From positions 248,001-311,615 of the forward strand of contig CDROCS010001688.1 in NCBI GenBank assembly GCA_977020255.1: a stretch of DNA of 63,615 bases, given 5' to 3'. Below the pieces are notes generated by a model that was not told where the DNA came from, made no database searches, and saw only the letters and a list, made by a program, of their open reading frames with translations. A program made the position numbers and the translations under genes. The number at the start of each line of letters is the position of its first letter. The stretch's first letter is position 1. Source of the stretch: Obrimoposthia wandeli. Taxonomy: Eukaryota. Shown here piece by piece: positions 41,687 to 51,319 of the stretch.

Positions 41687-42193
41687 TTATTTTTTCAACA
41701 AGACATAGAAAAAGCACAGCCGTAATATTACTGGCTGTGCTTTTGCATTTACTAATAATGATTTGATTAAAACGGTGACAGGGTAACAGTTAACAAAACA
41801 AGGTATAACACTATTATAAGCAGGTTCACCTGCATTACGATAACAAGTCAACATCTGACTTGAAGCCGCATTAATACAGGCGTGAGCCAATAAGGAGCGC
41901 CTTACAGCACAAAGCTTAACGACCATTACCTTTGAAGAAGTAACCAGATCAACTTTCTTTTTTTCAAACGGATAACGATATCGAGAAGATAATTGATGAC
42001 CAACACTACTCCACAACGACTCCCACAGAGCGCTTACCTCATCTAAGTCATTCTTTGTACTGTCAATATTACAATCAAGTTGAGGTGGTATAAATAAAAA
42101 TGCCATAACTTCTGAAAGCAGATATTGGCACACAGCTAGAAAACTAGCTAAATGCTTTTTGAGTGTTTTCAATACATAAAATGACATACTCAT
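41687..42193 (-). CDS. Unknown protein X2 (168 aa), first gene of PTS cassette 2
   Basis: Open frame in AT-rich DNA, SD-like GGTGGG, 21 nt before EIIB; shares motifs with 49382-49903. Confidence 0.6.
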   Translation of the reverse strand: MSMSFYVLKTLKKHLASFLAVCQYLLSEVMAFLFIPPQLDCNIDSTKNDLDEVSALWESLWSSVGHQLSSRYRYPFEKKKVDLVTSSKVMVVKLCAVRRSLLAHACINAASSQMLTCYRNAGEPAYNSVIPCFVNCYPVTVLIKSLLVNAKAQPVILRLCFFYVLLKK

Positions 42194-42423
42194 TAATATA
42201 CCCACCACTGCTGTTCAACTTATTAAAACAATAGTAACAAACATTTTTAACATATTACCCAACAACAGTCACATTTTTGATTTAATAAAGCCAACAAACA
42301 GATAAATATTTATTCATTAGCTAGCCGCATTATAAATGCCATGCATTAATCACAGCTTCAATAATCACCTTATTAATTTAATCGAAATTAGTTTTAGCCC
42401 ATTACTGTATTAATTTATTTTAA

Positions 42424-42666
42424 TTACACCGATGACTTAATTATTTCTTGATTTAAACCTTTCAACTTTAAAAATAATACAATAGTTGCCAAAAACAAAG
42501 TTACTCCATTTCCTATAATCAACGGAATATCTTTCGACATAACTCCGTATACCAACCAACAAAACACCCCAAATACAAACATCATATACATTGCCAGTGA
42601 AATACCCGTGGTGTCTTTTGTCTTTATTGTATGGATCACTTGCGGTAAAAGATTCTTCTGAATCAC
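42424..42666 (-). pseudogene. SemiSWEET (PQ-loop) sugar transporter lacking TM1
   Basis: LPQVIHTIKTKDTTGISLAMY...WLVYG...IIGNGVT; the PQ motif lies only 7 residues from a GTG start with no SD. Confidence 0.7.
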
Positions 42667-42672
42667 GATTAT

Positions 42673-45207
42673 TTATGCCATTTCTTTAAACAAACAACCT
42701 CTTAACAGTTCCATCGTTTGTTCAGTTTTTTCTGTTTCCTCCATGTCGGTTTGCATCAGCTGTTGTCTAAAATCGCTATGCATTAACTTTCGTGCCAATT
42801 TCGAAAAAATACTCATATGACTACCACCTTTATCATGACTGGACATTGTCAACATGATCACCGTCGATACACACTCGTTCTCAACGTCGTTCCATACGAT
42901 GGGTTCTGATAAATGAGCAATAGAGATGCTATTGTGCGTTACGTGTTCAGACTTACAATGTGGTATGGCGACACCAAATCCTAGTGATGTAGCAAAAATT
43001 TCTTCACGATCCCAAATGGCTTGCTCTGCCGCATCACCGCGAATCACCCGCCCTTGAATTTCCAAATTATCAGTCAACATTTTAATCACACTCGTTTTAT
43101 CTTTAGCTTCACAATGTATGACTAGGCGTTCATCCAATATTTCCGGCTGACTTTGTTGTTGCCAGAAAGCGTCAATACACTCTCTTACCTCATCAGCGGT
43201 TTCTTTACTCACCACCTCGACTAATAAGCATTGGCAGGCTTCACTGTCAAGAATGTGGAGTTGCGATCGTAACATTGCAATATTCGGAGAAGACAAGCTG
43301 ATTTCATCAAACCCCATTGCCATCAGTAATGGCAGAGCACGTCTGTCACTGGCCATTTCACCGCAAATGCCTAATTCAAGTCCGGAACGTTTAGCCGTTA
43401 CTGCAATATCCCGAAGAAAAGCAATAAATCCAGGATTCAAACTGTCATAAAGCAATTTGATTTTCGTATTTCCCCGATCACATGCCATAAAGTATTGAGT
43501 CAGGTCGTTACTACCGATGGAAACAAAGTCGATCCAACTAGAGATTTTTTCCAGAAAATACAGAGCTGATGGCACTTCAACCATGATCCCAAGCCGCCAC
43601 TTACCAATTGACTGGCCTTCCATCATTAACTGTTCGGCACATTGGTGGCATAGCTGATAAATCCACTTTACCTCTTCAACACAAGAGACCATCGGAATCA
43701 TGATATCGATGTCCCCCAATGCGGTAGCCCGTAGTAATGCACGCAACTGACTTTCAATCATAGCCTGATACTGTGGATACATACGCACTGCACGGTAGCC
43801 TAAGAACGGATTCTCTTCTTGTGGTAATTCCAGATATGCTAATGGCTTATCCCCGCCAATATCGAGTGTTCTTATAATGACTTGCTTCCCATTAGCGGCC
43901 TTTACAACTTCACTGTAAATCTCAAATTGTTCCTGCTCTGTGGGTGCTTGAGGGTGATCCATAAACAACATTTCAGTACGGAATAAGCCGATCCCTTCGG
44001 CTCCTCGACTAAAAGCCATTTCTGCTTCCAATCCAACAGCTATATTGGCGTACAAGGCCATTGACTGACCGTCTTTAGTTATTCCTTTAGTCGTCATAAA
44101 AGGAGCCAATAAGTCATTTTTGGCTACACACTTATGCGCTTCCAACTTATAGAACTCTGTAACACGATGATCTGGTTCGCGGATCAAGCAGCCGTATTGT
44201 GCATCCAGAACAATCCATTCAGAGCCATAAATAAACGATTGTAAATTTGGTATCCCCGTCAATACAGGAATACCAAATGAACGAGCCAAGATTACCGTAT
44301 GGGAAGTTTGCCCCGCATGGGCTAGAACGATCCCTTTTAGTAGTGACTTATCGAAACCCAGTAATTCACTCGGTGTTAGGTTCTCAGCAATCACTATACT
44401 ATTGGAAGTTAGCACCACTGGCTTTTTCAGCAACTCACCAACGACCAAACAGGCTAGCTGAGTACACAGGTCTTCAATATCTAATGCTCGCTCTTTCATA
44501 TAGCTACTTTGGCTATTAAGTAAAGGAGCTTTAAGCTCATCAGCTGCAACAGCAATAGCTTTAAGAGTGTTGGTTTGCTTAGCATGTTTTAACAAGGTTT
44601 CACTAAAAACGGTATCGTCAGCAATCTGCAAGTGAGCCTGCAAAATAGCGCGCTCTTCTTTTGCTTTCGAATCTACAGCTGCAAGAGCTGAAAACAACTG
44701 TTGTTGTAGTTTTTCCAGACCGACGAGTAAATGATCTTTAACGGTTTCGCTTAACTGCTGTTCGGCCTCATCGGCAAGTTGATGCAAGTTGATCTGACTG
44801 CAAATGATGGGCTTGCCTTGCCCAATCCCTTTTGACGCGATACTACCGCGTACATAACACGGATTTGACGCTTTTAATGAAACTGGGAGTGACAACAAGC
44901 CGTCATTAAGTTCAATACATTCAATCGGTTCGTCACAGTACGAAAATTCCTGAGTAATAAAATGATGAGTATGATCATAAGCGGCTAACTCATCCTTACC
45001 GTCAAAAATGAACTGACAAACATCATCCAACACTGCATCAACACCAATCAACGACAACACGCTTTTAGCATTAGCGGTTATCCCTTTAGTTCGATTAACC
45101 AAGGAAATTTGACACTGGAACGCCTTTGTACGGCTCTCTATTTCAGCGGCTGGTCTAGCATGAATACCATTTACTAATTCATTTTTAAATTCAAATTGTC
45201 TTGTCAT
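42673..45207 (-). CDS. ptsA: Multiphosphoryl transfer protein HPr-EI-EIIA(Fru) (PtsA/FrwA/FryA type)
   Basis: GIHARPA (HPr), TSHTVILARS (EI), GLFRTEMLF, SIGSNDLTQY, GVAIPHCK (EIIA). Confidence 0.9.
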   Translation of the reverse strand: MTRQFEFKNELVNGIHARPAAEIESRTKAFQCQISLVNRTKGITANAKSVLSLIGVDAVLDDVCQFIFDGKDELAAYDHTHHFITQEFSYCDEPIECIELNDGLLSLPVSLKASNPCYVRGSIASKGIGQGKPIICSQINLHQLADEAEQQLSETVKDHLLVGLEKLQQQLFSALAAVDSKAKEERAILQAHLQIADDTVFSETLLKHAKQTNTLKAIAVAADELKAPLLNSQSSYMKERALDIEDLCTQLACLVVGELLKKPVVLTSNSIVIAENLTPSELLGFDKSLLKGIVLAHAGQTSHTVILARSFGIPVLTGIPNLQSFIYGSEWIVLDAQYGCLIREPDHRVTEFYKLEAHKCVAKNDLLAPFMTTKGITKDGQSMALYANIAVGLEAEMAFSRGAEGIGLFRTEMLFMDHPQAPTEQEQFEIYSEVVKAANGKQVIIRTLDIGGDKPLAYLELPQEENPFLGYRAVRMYPQYQAMIESQLRALLRATALGDIDIMIPMVSCVEEVKWIYQLCHQCAEQLMMEGQSIGKWRLGIMVEVPSALYFLEKISSWIDFVSIGSNDLTQYFMACDRGNTKIKLLYDSLNPGFIAFLRDIAVTAKRSGLELGICGEMASDRRALPLLMAMGFDEISLSSPNIAMLRSQLHILDSEACQCLLVEVVSKETADEVRECIDAFWQQQSQPEILDERLVIHCEAKDKTSVIKMLTDNLEIQGRVIRGDAAEQAIWDREEIFATSLGFGVAIPHCKSEHVTHNSISIAHLSEPIVWNDVENECVSTVIMLTMSSHDKGGSHMSIFSKLARKLMHSDFRQQLMQTDMEETEKTEQTMELLRGCLFKEMA

Positions 45208-45298
45208 AGCAGTACCTAAATATTTCCGTTTACATAGTGACGAACAAAGCCGCTCACCATCAATCTGATGGTGAAGGCTTGGCGCTAACAGGGGGGAA

Positions 45299-47929
45299 TT
45301 ACTTACTTCGCGTTTTGCACATTCTCAGGGCAATCAACCCTTGAGGAGGAATTATGGAAGAGCTGGTTGCCTTACCGATTGGCTGTTCCATACCATTGGC
45401 AATCTCCACTTGCCAACCGGAAGGAAGATCACCCAGTTCAGTTGGCTGCATCCCGCTATTTAATAATCTAAAAATGACTGCATCAGTGTCATCCTCAGTG
45501 GTTTTGATGGCACTTACCGCTAATTCAGGATGATCAAAAACCATTAAGCTGAAGCATTCAGGAGCCTCAAACAAAGGTGGAGCAATCATGAACCGCTGCA
45601 CGATGCCATTATGTAAAGTTAGCGGCGCTGTTAGCCAATGTTTAGCCCGATAACACAAACCTGCTTCCATCGCTCTCCCCTTAAATGGGTACAAAGCCAA
45701 ACGGAATGATAATGGCTGCTTAAGCTGTGAATCTGGGCTTGCATCAGGCAAACCAGATAAACGACCCGGACGGTATTTCAACTCTGGCTTACCAACATAA
45801 CCAACGGCTCTGAACAAAGTGATGGCAATAGATTCATGGTACTGCTGATATTCACGGATCCCATCAGTTAAGATAGCGATACCACCCTGCTCAGTCTCAC
45901 CTGCCACCACACTTTGCATCGGGTAAATTGCTACTGGGCAAGATGTCCATTCCTGCTCTTGCCACACAGATAAAGCCTGCTCATCATTGCCGCGGCGGAT
46001 AAGGCCAATAGGCTGATCAGCGATGGTTTCTTGACCAAGAAAATTACCATTAACGTGTAATTGCAATCGATGATCATCAACCTGGTTGTCTAGATGGATA
46101 TGGATCTCGATTTGATCACTGCCCTTTTCAAGAGACAATTCCATCACCGCAGTTTGTTCTGTCGTGCACAGTTTATCAGCCCTCTCCTGTAGGTTATTAG
46201 GCAAGTTCACTTGATAGCTGATACGAATCGTGGAACGTAATTCCCCCTGTGACACCTTGATATCATTAAAGTTAGCCTGTAAAACAATTTGATAGTCTTT
46301 GTACGGTTCAGAGAAATCATAGTTGTCGCCATCATCCCCGCCATCAACCAGTGTGAGTAAATCTTCCCACTGCTCACCCGACACCGTATTAGTAAGAGAA
46401 ATTTTGCCAGCGGTATCAACATTGACAGACAGATACTCGTTTTGAATCATCTGTAACTGATTTTGATCTCTAGCGGATTCAGCATTCCCATCTATATCGG
46501 CCTCTTTATCAGCTAAACGTTCGACCATCAGGCTACGATAACCACATGCTGGCAACGCATGCAAAGAAGCAATCATGCGGTGTCGATACCACGATTTAAA
46601 GCGTTCATCACCCAGAATGGTTGGATCTTGGACAATCGCATTAATATCAACCAGCTGACAATCAATAGAGTGAACGTCTACCAGATCATCACCATCATGC
46701 AGCACGAACTGTCGAGTTGGTAGCACAAGATCTAGCTCGACCATCGCATCACGCTGGTAAGGTAGAGGATTAAAGGCAAGCACAAATTCCCCCTCAAGAC
46801 CTTTCGTAGACGCATCAGCCAGCTGCTTAAGAGTAATATCTTTTAAGCGTTCAGCATTTTCTCGAACAGCTTGTATTCGTGCCAGCACTTGTCGATTAAC
46901 AGAGTCCGTATTACATCCACCGATCGAATCATGGGCATGACTTTGCATAAGCTGCTTCCAATTCTTCTCCATCAGACCATAAGGGTATTTCATCCCTAAG
47001 CTATTCGCGACCGTTAGCAATGGCTCCAACTGATTAACTATCAAGCTTTCAACACTGCTATTTAGCTTTTTAATATCGTAACGAGTAGAATAAATTCCAC
47101 GGTGGATCCGGCTATATTTACCGTAAAGCATTTCACTTTCTACAACAGCCAATGGTTTATCAGTAGCCACAGAAAAATAGTCTTCAAAACTACACAGTTG
47201 ATAACTATATTGTCGTTCATCATTGGCATTGTGAATTGCAGCTACCGTTTCACTCTGCCATGGTTTCTGATCATGCCCCCCCATAAACAAGAAGTTTTCA
47301 CGTTCTCCAGGCCAGAAACGCTCAGTCATTTTCTGGTCAATTCCATCTAAATGACAATCTATAGGTTTCATGCCCTGAAAAGCGCTGTAACCAAACTCCA
47401 ATACTGCGGTTGTTACTTTACTGCCATTCGGAGCTCGCCAGATAAATTCAGTATTTTCAGTGATTCCTTCCCAGATCCCTCGCCAAAATACACATTTATC
47501 AATATCAAAATGCTGCAGGAGTTGTGGAAGCTGCTCGCTCTGACCAAACGAGTCTGGTACATAGCCCACTTTCATCACTGCACCGAAATGCTTTGCATCC
47601 CTACAACCCCAAAATAAGTTACGGAGCTGAGATTCACCATGAACAACACACTGGTCAGTTTGTGTATACCAAGGACCCACCAGCAATTTTCCGCGCTTAA
47701 CCAATTCAGTAACACGCGCTGTGTCTTCTGGTACTACGCTAAGATAATCTTCCAGCATTACCGACTGCCCATCCAGCACAAAGCAAGGCATGCCTTCATC
47801 TTGTTCAAGCTGTTCGAGAATCTGTTGCATGGTAAATACCAACAATACCTGAGACTCTTCAGTACTAAAGTACCACTCACGATCCCAGTGAGTATGTGGC
47901 ACAATATATGCTTTTTTATTCAATGACAT
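45299..47929 (-). CDS. mngB: GH38 alpha-mannosidase, MngB (mannosylglycerate-phosphate hydrolase)-like
   Basis: PHTHWDREWY, VLDGQ, GPWYTQTD, PDSFG nucleophile motif, AHDSIGGC; no signal peptide. Symbol denotes homology only; substrate unproven. Confidence 0.85.
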   Translation of the reverse strand: MSLNKKAYIVPHTHWDREWYFSTEESQVLLVFTMQQILEQLEQDEGMPCFVLDGQSVMLEDYLSVVPEDTARVTELVKRGKLLVGPWYTQTDQCVVHGESQLRNLFWGCRDAKHFGAVMKVGYVPDSFGQSEQLPQLLQHFDIDKCVFWRGIWEGITENTEFIWRAPNGSKVTTAVLEFGYSAFQGMKPIDCHLDGIDQKMTERFWPGERENFLFMGGHDQKPWQSETVAAIHNANDERQYSYQLCSFEDYFSVATDKPLAVVESEMLYGKYSRIHRGIYSTRYDIKKLNSSVESLIVNQLEPLLTVANSLGMKYPYGLMEKNWKQLMQSHAHDSIGGCNTDSVNRQVLARIQAVRENAERLKDITLKQLADASTKGLEGEFVLAFNPLPYQRDAMVELDLVLPTRQFVLHDGDDLVDVHSIDCQLVDINAIVQDPTILGDERFKSWYRHRMIASLHALPACGYRSLMVERLADKEADIDGNAESARDQNQLQMIQNEYLSVNVDTAGKISLTNTVSGEQWEDLLTLVDGGDDGDNYDFSEPYKDYQIVLQANFNDIKVSQGELRSTIRISYQVNLPNNLQERADKLCTTEQTAVMELSLEKGSDQIEIHIHLDNQVDDHRLQLHVNGNFLGQETIADQPIGLIRRGNDEQALSVWQEQEWTSCPVAIYPMQSVVAGETEQGGIAILTDGIREYQQYHESIAITLFRAVGYVGKPELKYRPGRLSGLPDASPDSQLKQPLSFRLALYPFKGRAMEAGLCYRAKHWLTAPLTLHNGIVQRFMIAPPLFEAPECFSLMVFDHPELAVSAIKTTEDDTDAVIFRLLNSGMQPTELGDLPSGWQVEIANGMEQPIGKATSSSIIPPQGLIALRMCKTRSK

Positions 47930-47940
47930 TGCTCGGTCCT

Positions 47941-49044
47941 CTATAGTGATTCTGTGTATTTGCTTTGGGTCTCTTCCATTGCCTGATTTTTCATATACTG
48001 GCGCTTCATGAGCACCGATGTCCCCAGCACGACGAAAACAACACCAGATGCAATTGAAAGCAGGTATAAGAAGAAGTTTGAAGATAAAACAAGAGCTAAA
48101 ATCCCCGCGGCAGGAGCCTCAACAATCGAATCAAACATGATAACCATCGAAGCTGCAATTGCGCTGCCAATAGTGTTAATCACAATTAATGCAGGATTGG
48201 CAAGAATGAATGGAATAGCCCCTTCACTGATTCCGACACAAGACATCATCATTGCCGCACGCCCATTATCTTGCAGCTCTTTGGTATAGTATTTTTTCGC
48301 CACAATTGTCGAAACACCAATACCAAACGGAGCAACCATAATCGCGATATGCGAAGCCGTTACAGGCTCATAAATCCCTTGGGCGAATAAGCCAAGACTC
48401 ACCGTAATCGCCGCTTTGTTTATCGGCCCACCCAAGTCAAAGCCAACCATGGCGCCAAGTACTGCCGCCATCAATATTTTGTTACCACCAGACATATCCA
48501 CCAACCAGTTTTCCAAACCTGTATTGAGTGCAATGAGCGGATAACCCACGATATATTTCATAACAAAAAGAACAATTGCAGTGCCTAATAGTGGAATTAT
48601 TACCATTGGCAATAAACTACGAAAATCTTTAGGTAATTTGATATTCGCTAGCATCCAGCGAACTAAATAACCAACCATCAAACCACCAAGTAATGCACCG
48701 AGAAATCCCATCTGCATATCGCGAGCTAACATCCCTGCCATTAACCCAGGTGCAATTGCTGGTTTTCCAGCTAAACCAAAACCAACAAAAGCGGCAATAA
48801 CTGGAAATAAGAGTGTTAATCCATATAAACCAAATATTTTCAAATCATTAATTATTTGGGCTAGAAAGGAATCACTTTCTTTTAAATCAACACCAATAAG
48901 CGTTTCAAATAAAGAACCAAATGCTAATAGCATGCCACCAGCAACAATAACAGGAATCATATATGACACTCCTGTCATCAAGGCTTCTCTTAACCTATCA
49001 ATTTCTGTTTTTTTCGTTTTTAATAGTAGGGCCATGGTATTCAT
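47941..49044 (-). CDS. PTS fructose-family EIIC (cassette 1)
   Basis: MTGVSYMIPV, GFDLGGPINKAA, GISEGAIPF. Confidence 0.92.
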   Translation of the reverse strand: MNTMALLLKTKKTEIDRLREALMTGVSYMIPVIVAGGMLLAFGSLFETLIGVDLKESDSFLAQIINDLKIFGLYGLTLLFPVIAAFVGFGLAGKPAIAPGLMAGMLARDMQMGFLGALLGGLMVGYLVRWMLANIKLPKDFRSLLPMVIIPLLGTAIVLFVMKYIVGYPLIALNTGLENWLVDMSGGNKILMAAVLGAMVGFDLGGPINKAAITVSLGLFAQGIYEPVTASHIAIMVAPFGIGVSTIVAKKYYTKELQDNGRAAMMMSCVGISEGAIPFILANPALIVINTIGSAIAASMVIMFDSIVEAPAAGILALVLSSNFFLYLLSIASGVVFVVLGTSVLMKRQYMKNQAMEETQSKYTESL

Positions 49045-49067
49045 CCTTTTTATTTTTATTATTATTA

Positions 49068-49379
49068 TTAATTATTTATTATATGTATCATGGTTTCATA
49101 TACTGCTGCTGATTGTTTAATTGGATCTGCTACAGAACATTCCAAAGTTTTTAAGTTTTCAAACCTCTCCATTCCATCGATGGCAATTTCAGCAGCGATT
49201 ATCGCGCCATCAGCCCGTTCGACATCTTCTAATGTGATCTCATTGTCGATTCCGGTACTACCTTGAGTCTCGACTTTCACTTCCCAGTTATGCTCTTTAC
49301 CAAGCACTTCCAACGCTTCTGCTGCCATATAAGTGTGGGCAATCCCTGTTGGACAAGCAGCGACACAAACAATAAACAT
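49068..49379 (-). CDS. PTS fructose-family EIIB (cassette 1)
   Basis: ACPTGIAHTYMAAE, KVETQGS. Confidence 0.95.
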   Translation of the reverse strand: MFIVCVAACPTGIAHTYMAAEALEVLGKEHNWEVKVETQGSTGIDNEITLEDVERADGAIIAAEIAIDGMERFENLKTLECSVADPIKQSAAVYETMIHIINN

Positions 49380-49381
49380 AT

Positions 49382-49903
49382 TTACCTCGTTAACAATCTA
49401 CTGACTGTTGATTTATTAAAAACAAAAAAAACAGCAGCCACCTTAAGATGACTGCTGTTCAAATGATTGATACTAAATGATTTTGCATTAAGAATATGAC
49501 TAAACAAATTAATAGACAAATTTCCTAACATCACGCTGTTTCCCGGCGCATAGCGATAGAATAGCACCATGGAACTCGCTGAAACTTGTTCTACGAAATG
49601 TAGATAAGTCAGTGATAGTACAGAAAGCAACGTTCTTACATTTGCTTGATAAGATAAGAAATTACGACTCCAGCGCAGAACGTTCTCACCATACCAGTGA
49701 TGTACTTTCTTGCCAATTAACTCACCAAGGTTGATATAAATCTGGTTGTAGTTTGAAGCTAATTCATCTAGCTCTTCTTCAGTATTAGTGATTAAGTTTT
49801 CATTGCTATGAATACATACACACGAATAAATAGCGTTGACCAGAACGTTTAATACGCTCTGGAAAAACACTTTTATATTTAATTCGCTTGAATTCATTTT
49901 CAT
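49382..49903 (-). CDS. Unknown protein X1 (173 aa), first gene of PTS cassette 1
   Basis: SD AGGGG; stop codon 2 nt before the EIIB start; motif similarity to X2. Confidence 0.65.
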   Translation of the reverse strand: MKMNSSELNIKVFFQSVLNVLVNAIYSCVCIHSNENLITNTEEELDELASNYNQIYINLGELIGKKVHHWYGENVLRWSRNFLSYQANVRTLLSVLSLTYLHFVEQVSASSMVLFYRYAPGNSVMLGNLSINLFSHILNAKSFSINHLNSSHLKVAAVFFVFNKSTVSRLLTR

Positions 49904-49950
49904 TAAAACCCCTATGAAGAATATTTATAATAAACAAAAAATAAAGACAT

Positions 49951-49972
49951 GTATGTGAAGTAATTCACATTT
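49951..49972. promoter_or_regulatory. CRP-cAMP binding site
   Basis: gtaTGTGA-agtaat-TCACAttt, perfect core upstream of the PTS operon. Confidence 0.85.
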
Positions 49973-50237
49973 AACACCCCGTTAACCTAATGTTTTTCAA
50001 CCATCTGATATAAGAAAGTAATTCTTATATTATAATTCATTAAAAAATTGAAATAGCGTTCAGCATTCTATTAACACTAAGAGCAATACATAAATAGCCT
50101 CTTCTATAAGACTAAGCGGCATCAACCAGAACTCAATCTTGTAGGTTATTTTGAATACGGTAATAGTTGCTCAGCCCTAGCAGGTGAATACCTTAATGAT
50201 GCTCTTTATTGCTAACGACGAAGCAAGCGATAAAGTA

Positions 50238-50308
50238 TATACCCAAGCTACCTCAATATGCAGGATTCAGAGTGATCTCAGCGAGCATCTTGAGATAACT
50301 TGGGTATA
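50238..50308. repeat. TATA-ended palindromic miniature repeat (71 bp)
   Basis: tatacccaagctacctcaatatg...catcttgagataacttgggtata. Confidence 0.85.
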
Positions 50309-50444
50309 ATGCCTATTTTTTAATGGCAGGTTGAGGCTTTGCCATTTAGAGGAGTAGGTAGACTACTCATGCTAGAATTTCCCCACGCGTTAGTAAATTT
50401 TTTTGATGCGAATTCTCATGATAAATTGGAGCTATTGGTAGTTA

Positions 50445-51228
50445 ATGTTAGAAAATAGAAATCAATTGAATAGCAATTATGAGGAACAAGGTTTCTTTGT
50501 CATAAGGGATTATTTTACGGCGTCTGAAATCTCGTCACTTAGAAACGTTGTCTTAAAATTTCATGAACTTTGGAAAGATGACAACGCGGATTTTTATCAA
50601 GATGAAGCTTTTAACTCTTCTTTGATCACTGGAAGTCAATATTTAGCGTTTGATGATCGTGTAAAGCTATTTAATTTTATTAGCTCAAAGAAAATAATGG
50701 CGCTTGTTGATTCAGTGATCCCAGTTAATCCCGCATTTATGAATACGCAATTATTTTTTAACCCTGTTAACCTTCAACAAAAAGATTTTTGGCATCGAGA
50801 CTGTCAATATGATCATGATCTTGACTCACAAAAAAGAGTCATAAAGGAGACGCAAGTATTACATCTTCGTGTACCTTTATTTGATGAACTAGGTATGGAG
50901 TTAGTTCCAGGGACACATAAGCGCTGGGATAATAATGAAGAGTTTGATGTCAGACAAAGAAGAGAACGGCAGAGTGAGCAGTGAGAATCTCTCAACGGGT
51001 AAGTCAATTGGGTTAGCCGCGGGTGACATATTAGTTTTTTCGGCAGATATGATTCACCGTGGTTTGTACGGATTGGATAGGCTGGCGTTAGATATCTTAG
51101 TTTTTGATTCATCAGCTGATTACATTGACTACGTTGACGACGATTGTTTACCAGATAGTTTAATGTTTGATAAAATTGACGATCCAAGGTTGTACAAGAA
51201 TACAATCCAGCTAAAGTCGCAGGGGTAA
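50445..51228 (+). pseudogene. Phytanoyl-CoA dioxygenase (PhyH) family gene split by a +1 frameshift
   Basis: WHRD in ORF1 and IHRG in ORF2; removing one A at 50956-50958 gives VRQEENGRVSS in frame. Confidence 0.8.
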
Positions 51229-51319
51229 TCTTTCAACGTGTCTAACTGTGCTGGTTAGACATCATCCTTTCCTTTTGCACTGAATCGCGTAGCTGAAACT
51301 GCTTACCTAAGGTTAACCA

